Position numbers and translations under genes: made by a program. 64,000 bases of DNA from Eledone cirrhosa (Eukaryota). Shown piece by piece: positions 39,490-52,108 of this stretch. The stretch spans positions 142,352,001 to 142,416,000 of the forward strand of contig OZ024740.1 of NCBI GenBank assembly GCA_964016885.1. The letters run 5' to 3'. The notes under the pieces are model-generated. The model did no database searches. It had not been told where the DNA came from and worked only from the letters and a program-made list of their open reading frames with translations. Position 1 is the first letter of the stretch; every line of letters begins with the position of its first letter.

Positions 39490-39534
39490 AGTCACTGAAG
39501 AGGTCACAGAGTGTGTGACGAAAGGACTATGACT
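39490..39534 (+). ncRNA. Type I hammerhead ribozyme (right arm, plus strand)
   Basis: agtca-CTGAAGA-g-gtcaca(gagtg)tgtgac-GAAA-ggac-TA-tgact. Confidence 0.75.
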
Positions 39535-39723
39535 ATATATATAAACAACTATCTGGTTGTGGAACCAACCAACCAACCAGAAATTTATAAGTTTGTAGAT
39601 TTGTAAATTTATAAATTTATAAATATATAATAAATTGAAGTGAAAGCAACTGGTGCGTGTGTTTCTTATTGGCAACATGACCCTCCCAAAGTATAACAAT
39701 ATATATATATATATATATATATA

Positions 39724-39860
39724 GTAGAGAGTCAGGGCCCGACGGCTGAGCTCTTGCCATTTCGACAGCAAATTCCAGACTCGGGCCAAATTCCAGACTC
39801 TACTATATTTCCACTCTACTTCAGAAGTATCGAGTACTCTGCTGAATAATAGTCTCACTA
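39724..39860 (+). mobile_element. Degenerate relative of the 883/58063 palindromic family
   Basis: cccgacggctgagctcttgccatttcgacagcaaattc...ccactctacttcagaagtatcgagtactc follows (TA)n. Confidence 0.65.
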
Positions 39861-39872
39861 GTTTAAAACTGG

Positions 39873-39921
<49 letters not shown>

Positions 39922-39923
<2 letters not shown>

Positions 39924-39998
39924 TGTTTCTACTTTTGGCACAAAGCCAGCAATTACCCAGTGCATTACTGGTACTTTATTTTATCGACCCCGTAAGGA
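39922..39998 (-). mobile_element. SINE family A 3' fragment
   Basis: Reverse complement of the family A 3' end, with (TAA)n tail at 39875-39921. Confidence 0.8.
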
Positions 39999-40040
39999 TA
40001 TACACACACACACACACACACACACAGACACACACACACA

Positions 40041-40114
<74 letters not shown>

Positions 40115-41081
40115 CCCTGCTATTGCTGGTACTCATCTTTCTTCTGCTGAGTATACTGGACCAACATGAAATGAAGTGTTTTGCTCAAGAAAACAACACG
40201 CAACCCATTCGAAGAATCGAACCCACGACATTATGATAGCAAGTCCAATACCCTTACCACACCTTAGACTAACTAGAAGTGTTTTATTCCTTGTACATTT
40301 GCAATATTTAGTCAAGGAATCGTTATTATCCTCACACCATCATCATTATTAAAAGCAACGATATCCGACTGAGCCTCAAAGTGGTCGCTCGACCCGCTAG
40401 AAAAAACAGCCAAGCATATCTCAAAGCATTACCGTCTTGATAAAAGGAATGACATGTTCGATAATGTAGATCTGAGTATACTATGCCTAAGAGGAAAAAA
40501 AAGGAATGGTCCCGGCTGGAATACCTTTGATCATAGACCAGGGGTTAAACAACAATTACATCAACGACAAGGCATAGCATCACTGTCATACTCATTATCA
40601 TATTTATTATATTCTACATAAATAACAACACCAATCACAAGAACTGCAATATCAACAACAGGAATATCCTAACATTATACCATAATAGGGAATTTTCCAG
40701 TGCACAAACATCAGAAAAATGTAACTATGGAAACACCATGCGCTTTCATCTAAAAACTCTTCCCCTCCTACTGTCATAGTGAAACTCTGTGATAGAAATA
40801 GCGGTGCATTTACCCTAACACCACACACTACCGTTATACAATAAGTAAAGGATACATTAGATGGTCTATCCCAAAATAACCACCTCATCAAACTCTCCTC
40901 CAAAATGATGGATGGTCACGGTTGCATTGTCTTTGATAAGTCTGCTAGATCAGAGTTGACTTGCAGGCTAAACGACAACTAATAAATACGTCATGTAGTA
41001 GGGGACTAATATTTAGTTATAGGACGGGTTTGAAAGGGTTATAAGAGAAGAGCCATATCACACACCCGCACAGAAACACGT

Positions 41082-41114
<33 letters not shown>

Positions 41115-41839
41115 GAGAGTGTCTTCAAGTTCGAGGGCAGGGAAAACCTCAAATTGGGATGGTACTCGATGCATGATCAGATGCACATTCTACACCACTC
41201 TGCACAATAAGGGGAGATGGCCATAATTGGACCTTGAAACCTCAGATAATGGTTTCTTGTTCTGCGTATCGACATAAATAATATATATATATAGTATAAA
41301 TATATTTTATGTTGAAACTATTGTGTTTCCTAGTGGTATATATATATGTATATATATGTGTGTGTGTTGGTATGAGCATGCATGCGTCGCCTGTATGTGG
41401 GATATGTGTCTTCATGCCATTCCACCCTGGATAAATTCAGGCAATAAATGCCCATAAAAAGCCACAACTCGTCAAGACTGCTGTCCTAAATACATTCATT
41501 ATATATATATATATATGTATATATATGTGTGTGTGTGTGTGTGTATAAAACAAGGAGTGCACTGGAGAGAGTCAACGGACGGACAATACATCTTTCAATT
41601 TGCACACATTTGCGCATACACAAGAATGTATAGTCGCACATATAATACAAACACAACATACACATACATACATACATACATATACACATATATGCATGCA
41701 CGCGTTTGTGTAGCAAAGACCCAGAACTGCCTGTAGTCACTTTTATTTATGTCTGCTTATCTCTCACGTCATTTATTTTTACCGAGATAGAGAGAAGGGG
41801 TGAGAGAAAATATTTAATCTATTACTTCAGCAAAATTTT

Positions 41840-41990
41840 GATCGAGATTCCTTTCGCCTACACCATATAAGGAAGTATTTCCCGGTGAATTTTCCAATAC
41901 GAAAACAACCAATCAGAGCGCGGGAGCTACCTCGCTAACTGGGGAAATCCAACGCTTTCAGAAAAACACGTCAGCCGATCGATAAGAAAG
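41840..41990. promoter_or_regulatory. Putative promoter or enhancer (CCAAT, kappaB-like, CRE-like, DRE-like motifs)
   Basis: ccaat at 41894, aaccaatcag at 41907-41916, GGGGAAATCC at 41941-41950, ggtgaattttcc at 41884, cacgtca at 41967, atcgata at 41978, all in a CpG-containing non-repetitive patch. Confidence 0.35.
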
Positions 41991-42121
41991 CACATGTATT
42001 ATCGTGTGTTATTTTGTGAATTCAATTTTCTCCGTTCCTCCCCATCTCATACAGACACACACACAACGTGTCTCCTCAAAATTATATATTGTTTTTATTA
42101 CTATTGTTGTTATTTTTGTTG

Positions 42122-42203
<82 letters not shown>

Positions 42204-42433
42204 TGATAATTATTCCAATTCTATGCTAGGACTATATGACGAGATGATAATATTTGTTATGCTGCTTGTATTGGTTGGTCCTAGTGCATAAATAAAAGTT
42301 CAAGAATTTCCAGGATTTTACTTTATATAAATATGTCTCTGAAGAGTGCGTGCGTTTATGTAATTAAATGAATTAGTTGCGTGTGTGTGTATATATTTGT
42401 GTGTGTCCATGTGTATGTGTGCGTACGTGTTTT

Positions 42434-43390
42434 CTGAGTTCAAATCCCATCCAAGCCTACTTCGCCTTCCATCCTTCCAGGACTGCTAATGCATCATACC
42501 AATCAAGTTCTGGGGTGACTCCTGCCACTAAAATTGCTTGTATTGTGCCTAAATTAAAAACCATTATTGTTATTATTATGTCTTTGAGGGCGGTGGATTG
42601 ACAGAATCGGTAGAGCGTCGGACACCCTGCATAAAGTTACAGCCATTTATGTTCTGAGTTCAAATCCCGCCGAGGTTTGCTTTCATCATTACGGGGTTGA
42701 TAAAATAAACCCCAATAATGCACTGGGGTCGATTTAATCGACTTTTCCCGCCCCTAAAATTGTTAGCCTTTTGCCTAAATTAGAAACCCATGTTATTATG
42801 TCTTTGACATAATAATATGCGGTGGATAATGGCAGTGGATTGGCAGTATCGGTAGAGGGTCGGACACCATGCTTTCCAGCATAGTTACGTCCCTTTACGA
42901 TCTGAGTTCAAATCCTGCCGAGGTTGACTTTGCCTTTCATCCTTACGGGGTCGATAAAATAAAGTACCAGTAATGCACTGGGTAATTGCTGGCCTTGTGC
43001 CTAAAGTAGAAACAATTATTATGTCTTTGACAGTTTCATGCAAGTTTCTATTGCAGCATCTGGTGCACCTCTGTGTTCCTGAGGTGTGTGCAGCAATGTG
43101 TGCTTTTATTTTTGTGGATGTTGGAGAGTATAGACCACCACCCTTCCGTGTTAGTGTACAACATCAGTTTTGTTTTGTTATCCGGTTTAGCTTATTGTGT
43201 TATTCTAATGATTGTTCTGTCGTGTATGGAATGAGTATTTTTATTTTATTGGTACTAATTATTTTTGCCTTTCATCCTTACGTGGGTCGATAAAATAAAG
43301 TGCCAGTAATGCACTGGAGACGATTTCATCGAATTCCCCCTCCGAAAATTGTTGGCCTTGTGCCTAAATCAGAAACCATTATTATTATTA
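42434..43390 (+). mobile_element. Cluster of SINE family A copies
   Basis: Copies at about 42434-42575 (partial), 42589-42800, 42831-43022 and 43262-43390 (partial). Confidence 0.8.
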
Positions 43391-44269
43391 GTGTTATTTA
43401 TTTGTCACATCACAAACAGTTTCCTCCCATTCCATCCCTCAAACTGTTTGCAGTGCATAGGAACAAAAACAAGTGTGCTATGTGATACTCTAGCTCCTTG
43501 TACTATTGTGTGTGTTTTATTAGAGCAGACTGCAGTTCTATGCACTTGAATGAATGGCACATTTACCGAAGAGAGAGATAACCTCAACGTAGCAATATTT
43601 CAGTTATCACTGCTCTACAGATCTGAATTATACCACACTGTGATACCAGATATTTTGCAAGTGACAAAGTAGAGCAGTTCAGAGTATTGTGATGTCCGGT
43701 ACTGGTAGATTCTACGCTATTAAAAGTGTTACTTTTGCGTTTATTGATAACACGAGAAAATAAAGGAGCACAGATGTGGCCCTTTCTTCTCTGATTAAAA
43801 AATAAAATAAAAGTAGGAACCAGGAAATAAAACTAACTGAATTACATATACATAGTTGACCTATAAAATGTTTCAACATTGCTGGAAAGTTATAAAGGTG
43901 TCATGAAAAAATATTTTTACAAACTGTCATTCAAAGTAACAGAAAACACAAGATTTTAAAAATGTATGATGGGGTCTCTACATAGTCGCTCGAACTAGTA
44001 GCCAAATCCTTCCCAAATATCATCTTGCGGCCTTAATAAAAACAACAATAACTAGATTGTAAAGTATGCCAGCAGAATGCCATTTATTTATAGCTAATTT
44101 TTAAATTTGATATAAAATTATAATTTCTTATAAGCTGATACGAAAATAAATGCTTATACATCGGCATATATATGTGCATTATGTATATTCACTTCACTAA
44201 ATTCTCGGCCAAATCTGTCGACATTTAAAACATATCAGACACTGAACAATGTTGATAAAAAATGACTAT

Positions 44270-44740
44270 ACTGGCTTCGAACGAGCCATATATCGTTGAA
44301 CTACATTTTATCACAAACAGGCCGTAGAGAATGACCAAATCATGTTCTTGTGGAGAATTCCCAGAAACTCTATGGCACTATTTGTTCCAATGTAGAAAGT
44401 ATCTGGCTGAGAGGAAGGATATCTTGAAGGTGATCATTAAAAAGTATCAAGATTGGAGGTACAATATATTGTCAAAGATCTACCAATTACAAACAAGTTC
44501 TTTGGGTACATGAAGGCCACGGAAAGATTCAACAACAGATATTTGTAGCTGCTTTACGGCTGCCCTTGTTTTCCATTTTATTTATCTTCTTTTCTATGCA
44601 TCTTTTGCTTCCCGTTGGCCTTCACATTTTTTTCTTTTTATCTCTCTATGTTACTTTTAAGTCTTTAACTGTAAGGGATACTAGATAGCCCCCTTAGACT
44701 CTCACAACTTACTAGCTCTAATCGGACGTTTAAATTTAAT
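44270..44740 (+). mobile_element. 3' end of an I/Nimb/Loa-like LINE
   Basis: LRTSHISLN..L and the C-terminal zinc knuckle CSCGEFPETLWHYLFQC. Confidence 0.55.
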
Positions 44741-44976
44741 TACACACACACATACATATATATATATAATACCTGGTCTGTTATTTGGTGAAAGTTTTGA
44801 TGGGAATGTTTCAAAGATGTTGTTTGGGTTGACATACATATATATACGTACATATTAAGCAACAGAGGTATTTTCTATATTTATCAGAGGGCAGTCTGTC
44901 TTATGGATGTAACTGCATATTGTTTTAGTAGCAACACCATGCCACGCTGGGAGGTAGAACTTTGAATATATATATA

Positions 44977-45030
44977 TAGGATGTCCCCAAAAAATGTATA
45001 CATACTTTGATTACCTGTACAGGCAATATT
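44977..45030 (+). mobile_element. Possible Tc1/mariner-type terminal inverted repeat fragment
   Basis: TA followed by taggatgtccccaaaaaatgtatacatacttt resembles CAGGGTGTCCC-type TIRs; no partner end found. Confidence 0.3.
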
Positions 45031-45132
45031 TATTAGAATGCACAACCTTTGTTTATAAAATTTATATATATGTCTGTGTGTGTGTGTGTGTGTGTCTGTG
45101 TGTGTCTGTGTGTGAGTGTATATGTATGTGTG

Positions 45133-48100
45133 TAGATAGATAGATATCTTTCTTTATTTGCCACAGGGGCGTACGAAAATGGGACATTACAAGACGTGAC
45201 GGCGGGGGTTTTACATAAAAATAACTTTAACATTAATAAATAACAATAAACAATATATAATAAAATAACAATTGAAATCCCCAATAGGGGGGAACGTTAC
45301 TGCAGGATTGTTTTACACCCCGTGGATAGAACAACCCTCACACCAGGAACACGTTTTGTAGGTGTTCCTGTCTTCCCTCTGTTTATCTTCCTCAACCTAC
45401 ATGTTTATATACAGAGAAGGCCCATTCACTCGGGCCATTTTTGCCACATTCACCCACCTTTCAGCGAATTTACTGGGGTGTAGCACCTCTCTCTCCACTC
45501 TCACCTTCCTTCTGAAGTGGTACTTAAAGAAGGGAATGAGTTGTTGTCAGGAGAGAAGGGTGTTTGCCCTCACTCCTTTTAACCTCGTCCACCATATTAC
45601 CTCTTTCGCCATAGCCACCAGACAGAGGAAAACCGCCTCTCTTTCGTTCTTAAATGAAGGTGGTGGGGTGATCCTCACGATGGACTCGGCTGACAACTGG
45701 ATGCGTCCCACACGTGACAGCAGCTGTTCGACATAATTCCACAGGTCTATCACCCCTGGGCACTGAACAATTGCGAGCAGAACGGTTTCGATGTCCTGCT
45801 CGCATCTTGGACAGGTCCTTTTGGCAGGATCTCTTCCAGTGCGTCCGTGTCTGTAGATTTTGTCTCGAACTGGTAGAGCTCCTCGGTAGCACTGCCAGGC
45901 CAGAGACTTCTGGAAGTTATCCATAGGCCCTGGACAGAAAGTCCTCCCGAACAGACTGGTCAGTTCGTCCTCCTCGATGCCTAGAGTTTCCTCGAGAACG
46001 TCATCGCACATATCCTCCACTAATCCCCTATAGAATGTCGAAGTGAAGTCTCCGCTGAATGCCGTTTCCGCTTGGTAGAGGGCTGTGAGCGCCTGTAAGC
46101 ACTCGAGGTGCTAGGCACCCATTTTCGGTTTTCGCTTGACCCAGGACTGCAGCTCTGTTAGTGAGACAAGTTGTGGAAGAGCTTGTCTCACAAACGACAG
46201 CCACACCGGTTCACCGGTCAGGAATACCTGGAGATGTCGTAGCCTCAGCACGTGTTTTCGCATCATCAGCCACGACATGCCCAGCCCTCCATTAGACGGG
46301 TGTTGACAGCAGATGGATCTCCTCACCTATGGAGCCTGTTTCTTCCAGAGGAACTTGAAGAGTAGGCGTTCCATTTTGGTAAGGTATTCGCGGGAGCAAG
46401 GCACGACTGTCAAGTGGTAGTAGATGACGGACGCTATGTAAGTATTCGCCACCTCCGCTCGACCTTTCAGGGAGAGTTTACACTCAGCCCACTTCTGGGT
46501 GAGTGCAAACACCTTCGCCGTGACCTCGTTCCAGTTCTTGTCCACCTGGAGGTGTGGACCAAACCAGACTCCGAGAAATTTCACCGGTCCTTCCGTCCAG
46601 CGTCCAACGACACTGTCGGAAGGCATGGGTTTGCCTCTCCAAGTGCCGAGTTGCAAACCGACAGACTTGTTTGGGTTTAGTCTTGCTCCTGTCAACGTTT
46701 CGTATTCCTGTAATAGGTTTGCCGATTACCCTGATTTCCGAGGTTTTCGACACCATTACGGTTATGTCGTCGGCATAGGCCAACGCTGCTTTCCGCAGTC
46801 CTGGTTCGATCGGGATGCCCTGCAACAGCTCCAAATTCCGCAGTAACGGCTCGAGTGTCAGTACATATAGAATGGAGGAAAGAAGGCATCCCTGACGGAT
46901 GGAACGCATGATTTGGAATGGTTCTGATAGGTAGCCATTCACCTTGACTGCCGAGCAGATGCTGGTGTGCATGGCAGCGATCCAGCCTCTGAAGACGGGA
47001 CCGAAGCCTAAATTTATCAGAGCCCTACCGAAGCCAGATTTACACTCTACCCTCTCTATGATGTATCGCATGAGGTGGAGGTTGTCGTGTATGGACCTGG
47101 TCTGGATTGCACACGTTTGGGCTTCCCCTACCAGGTTCTCGACGACAAGCGCTAGCCTTGCTGCTAACACCTTGGCCAAAATCTTTAACTCTGTGTTGAG
47201 CAGAGTTATGGGCCTGAAATTGCTTATCTCATCTCCCTTGTTCTCATCTTTCCTGATCAGCGTTACTACGCCTCTGCCTACAGAACTGGGAATCCTCCCG
47301 TTCTGCTGCAAGTTGCAGTAGATCGCTTCGAGGACGCCAGAGAACAAGTCTGTCATGCCTATGTAAAACTCATAGGGTAAACCTATGAGCATCTTCTATT
47401 TCGCCCGCTGTGATCGGCCTTTCGCAGTTCTCCTCATCTGTGCTCGAGAGTCGCGGTACGCCGTCGAGGTAGGAGCTGAAGTCCTCGCTCGATCTACCGC
47501 TTTGCCCGAACAGTTGTGCAAAATGCTGCTGGAAGGCCGTGCACATCTGCTTGGATTCAAGTATAATGCGTCCATCTTTGTCTTGCAAAGACCAAATTGT
47601 GGATTTGTTGCCACTTTTCGTCTCTGCGATTCGGGCCCAGCTAACAGCTTTGGCTCCCTCGTTTCTTAGAGCACGTGTTCTACTTCTGACAATACAACCT
47701 TCGTGTTTCACGTTGAAGAACTGGTCTAGTGCCGTTCTCGCCGCTAGCACGTCAGCTGTACTGCCATTCCTAAGTGCCGCTTCTATTTTAGTTATCAGTT
47801 CCTTTTTCAGTTTTGTTTTTTTCTAAAGCTACTTCCTTGCTAAATGCTATCGATTCTATTCTAATTGCTCAGGGTTGACTACGCAGATGACTAATTTGTG
47901 GTCTGAATATTCAACCATGTGCATTTGTGGACAGCTTAATGTTTCCTTATCATTCTGTCCAATTAAAAATCTATCTAAATACGATCTAGAAGACCCAGTG
48001 CGGTTGCTCCACGTCCACAGTGGTGCACTTGCGAAATCTAGTCGATATCTATCAGCCAGTTGGAATTGGCTGATGAGATTTTTGAGGCTATTACACCCCC

Positions 48101-49070
48101 CCCCTCTATTATCACAAACTCCTACATAGTCCCAACGTGCGTCTAAGGTGCTATTCCAGTCCCCCGCTAACACTAAGGAGCGAGACGCTCCCAGGAATGG
48201 CTCCAGACGATTGAAGAACTCTGGTTGCGATGTCCCAGTCGGGGCATATACGGCCACCAGTCTGAAAGCCCCACCTTCACTACCATTCACGTCCAGGACC
48301 ACCAGGCTGCCCTCCGGGTCCAAGTGAATCGTCTGTATTTTGAGATCCAAGTTTTTTCGAAACAGAACAGCAACTCCCCCTCCACCTCCTGGCTGACAGA
48401 GAGATACGTAGATCTCAAAATCATCGAACATGGGGCTTAGCTGTTGCTTGTCGTGAATCCTGGACACGGTGATGGCTATCACATCTATACAATGTGACCT
48501 GAGATCATTTAAAAACTGGTCCTGTTTCCAGGACATGCCCAGGCCACGTAATTCAAACATCCAGCTTGTATAGTCGCCATGTTGGTAAAGAAGAGTTAGA
48601 GAGAAAAGGCAGGAACACTTACCTTTTCGTTTCCTGGAGGTCGGGTTGTTCGATCTTCATGTCCAGATTGGTGATGTTTGGGGAGGGAGGGAATCCTTTT
48701 AGCAGGACACGGTTAAGGGGCTTTTGGCAAGGGGGGGGGGCACATCATGTGGGAAGTTCTCTTTTAAAGTTTCATACTGTAGGGTTGTTACCCTGATAAG
48801 TTTGAGGTTTGGGCGTGGGTCGTTGGTGGGGAAGGTTTTCCCTTCATTTTGTATTGTGGGGTCCTTTCGGACAGTTTCCACCAGTTCTGTGTTTCTTGTT
48901 TTTATGTATGTGTAATGTGTTTTGTTTTTTATGTGTACTGTTTCTGTTTGTAGTTTTCTTTTTGTGGTTGGGTTTGTGATTGTGGTGGTGTGGGTGTTTG
49001 TTTTGTTGGTGAAGTGTTTGGTTGTATTGGTGGTGATTGTGTTGTTGGTGTGTTTGCAGATCCAGGATCA
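45133..49070 (-). mobile_element. Tx1-clade LINE (5'-truncated, degraded)
   Basis: ORF2 ATG at 48580, APE domain (LAGDWN, SYLDRF, YSDHKL), RT (NFRPITLLN, IRQGC, YADD), C-terminal CPRC zinc motif, (TATC) tail at 45133-45146, Thr/His-rich ORF1 remnant at 48600-49070. Confidence 0.92.
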
Positions 49071-49914
49071 AAGATACACACTTAGCTTCAAACTCGTTAT
49101 TATTAGAGCTACAGGTTATATACTATCACCCCTAAACTAAAATATAACTGAGCTTGGATTTGTGGAGAAAGAACGTCGCTCCTTAATTCATAAACTACAA
49201 GTGCCTGCGATATCTGGAACCTTCAAAATTTCTAAGCCATTCTTATAATTCAAAGGATGAACGCTTATACAAGAGACGCTGATAATAATCTTTATAAGCT
49301 TGCCACCGAAAAGGTTGGCAGCCAAAGGTAGACTCAAAATTAATAGAGAGAACATACATACATACATACATAAGTACGTACGTGCGTGCGTACATACATA
49401 CATACATACATACATACATACATACATACATACATACATACATACATACATACATACATACATACATACAATTCAGTGTAACATTTGATATCTCTCACTA
49501 GCAATTCTATACTTGCTTGAAAGCCTAGCACAAATTTAAGGGAAAATGTTTAAAAGACGTTTGTATCTAGAATGTAGAACAATTAAATCTAAAAACCCCG
49601 TCTCCGGTCGTAATAAAGATTTCTGACATTAGCACAACGCTACATACCTGTAGGGGAGTGGTACTGTTGAATTAATCGACCGCAGTGAGTACATTCCTAC
49701 TTAGTTTATTGACCCAAGATTGATGGAAAGCAAAGACGGTCACAGTGGGATTTGAACACAGAACGGAAAATTATAAAACTAATACTTTTAGGCGTTTGGA
49801 TAGGTTTCTATTACTCCACTGATTCTACTAAAAATAATTTGTAACATTGGCACAAAGCCATACATTTTGACCAGAGGTTTATGATGTTGTATTTGGTTTA
49901 TTCTACTCCAAGAA

Positions 49915-50410
49915 AGTGCGTGGCTTAGTGATTAGGGTGTTCCGTTCACGATCGTAACATCTGAAGTCTGATTATTGGCGGCGCATTGTGTTCTTGAGCC
50001 AAATGGATTGACAGTATCGGTAGAGCGTCAGACACCATGTTTTGCAGGATAGAGTTATGACCCTTTACGTTCTGAGTTTAAATCCCACCGAGGTTAGCTT
50101 TACCTTTCATCCTTACGGGGTTGATAAAAATAAAATACCAGTCATGCACTGGGGTCGATTTAATCGACTATCCCCCTTCCCCCCAAATTGCTGGCCTTGT
50201 GGCTAAAGTAGAACCAATTATTTTACGTTGCTCCATCTGGAAAAAAATTGTGTTGTATCTGTAATTCAAATGTGAATCTCCCTGAGAAATACGTTAAGAG
50301 TACACGTGGAATTCTCAGTCACTTGCATGTTAATTTCACGAGTAGGTTTTTTCCACTGATCAAACAACTGGAACACTCATCGTTGGTAGCGACGGACATC
50401 CAACGTGTTC
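49915..50410 (+). mobile_element. SINE family B interrupted by a nested SINE family A (50004-50222)
   Basis: The family B head ends at ttgtgttcttgagcc and resumes at ttttacgttgctcca after the family A copy. Confidence 0.75.
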
Positions 50411-50995
50411 TACTCTAGTTTAGTACTTGCCATATCGACCCTTGAACGATGAAAAGCCAACTCGACCCAAACCAGATTTGAACACAGAAAGTAAAAAGGA
50501 CGTAACTAAATACAGCAATACATTTTCTCTGTCACTCTACTATTTCTGCAACAACCACCGCTTTGCGCCAACATTCTTACATTCTTCCCTCTTGTATTCT
50601 TTCTTTTTCTCACGTTTTTATTCCTCTTTACTGTCTTTCTCTCCTTCCGTTTTCAGTCATTCGTTCTCTTTTTCACGTTCTTCCTTCCTCCTTTCTCTCT
50701 CTGCCCCCCCCCCTCTCTCTCTTTCTCTCTTCTTATCGTTTTTCTTCTATACCTTTCTCTTCTTCCACGTTCTTCTCTCCTCATTCCTCTCTATTTTTCT
50801 TCCTTCCTCCCATCCTTATCTATCCACCTTTCTCTCTATCCAATGATATATCAATATATCTTATCTATAAATCTTACAATTCCACCGTTTATCTTTCTCT
50901 ATACCCATCTATGTAGTTATCCATCTATCTGATTTTCTATCTATCTATCTATCCACAAACACACACACACACACACAGACACACAGACACACACA

Positions 50996-51058
<63 letters not shown>

Positions 51059-51169
51059 TCATTTATCTGTCCATTGATCTGCTATCTATTCATACTCTTT
51101 ATCTATCCATCTATTACTCTCTTATCTATTCATCTTACTCTCACTATTTCTCTCCATACATACATTCAC

Positions 51170-51200
<31 letters not shown>

Positions 51201-51370
51201 TGTATGTATGTATGTATGTATGTATGTATGCAAGCAAAAAGTAAACGGAAAACAACATACACACACACATATATATATATATATATAAGTTACTCCGGGT
51301 TGAATCGGTAACCACAGTAAGTAAGGTACTCAATACATAGCAGAATATAAATGTTTTAATATAGAAGAGC

Positions 51371-51415
51371 TTCTACAGGACTAGAACTGTTTCATTCGTG
51401 AGAAATCATCAGGAA
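51371..51415 (-). ncRNA. Type I hammerhead ribozyme
   Basis: Minus strand reads ttc-CTGATGA-t-ttc(tcac)gaa-t-GAAAC-ag(ttctagtc)ct-GTA-gaa. The tail carries GAGTACC (51325-51331) and ends at (TA)n near 51287. Confidence 0.65.
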
Positions 51416-51682
51416 TATATATGTATATATAAAATGTTCTTTCTTCCCAGTGTTTACTCTTCACTTGTATCGAAGAGACCCAGGAGAGAATTATCTTGGC
51501 CATCCTAACATATTCTATTCCGAACGAATCAAAAGCTATACATTGATATACTCCGGTCGTCTGTCGTTCCCTGTACGATATATAGTGAAGAATCAAAATG
51601 AATCCCTTTCAACATTCATACCCTTAATTCATCTTAGCATCTCTCTGTCTATCTGCATATCTATCTGCATCTATCTATCTAC

Positions 51683-51718
<36 letters not shown>

Positions 51719-52108
51719 TTATCTATATATCGATCGATTACCTATATAGTCATCGATTTAGCTATCTTATTTATTTATCTATCTATCTATCTATCTATCA
51801 GTACATACGACTATCTATCTATATGTATCTATTTATCTATCTATCGGTATATGTGTATATGTTGTTTTTTCTGTACGTCTATCTGTCTTTATCATTTTCT
51901 CTGTATGACCATTTATACGTTTATCTATCTATCGTTGATAGTGGACATCTTTCACATTGGCTCTTCGATTTTGGATTACTTCTTTGTTATTTGTGAGTGT
52001 GTTATTTGGATTTTGTTATTATTGTTGACTCTAACCCCTCGCCTGGGACTGTAGACGTTGGGTAAATATATTTTCGCCCCTTTTGGGCTGAAAAATCCTT
52101 AATCTAAA

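Larger units (their letters stand above)
39127..39702. repeat. Perfect 279-bp inverted duplication (18-nt spacer) between (TA)n tracts
   Basis: 39127-39405 is the reverse complement of 39424-39702. Confidence 0.92.

Noticed and set aside
43409-43550. Short inverted repeats caaacagttt/aaactgtttg and gtgcatag/ctatgcac
   Set aside because: The stems are short enough to arise by chance, with no other support.
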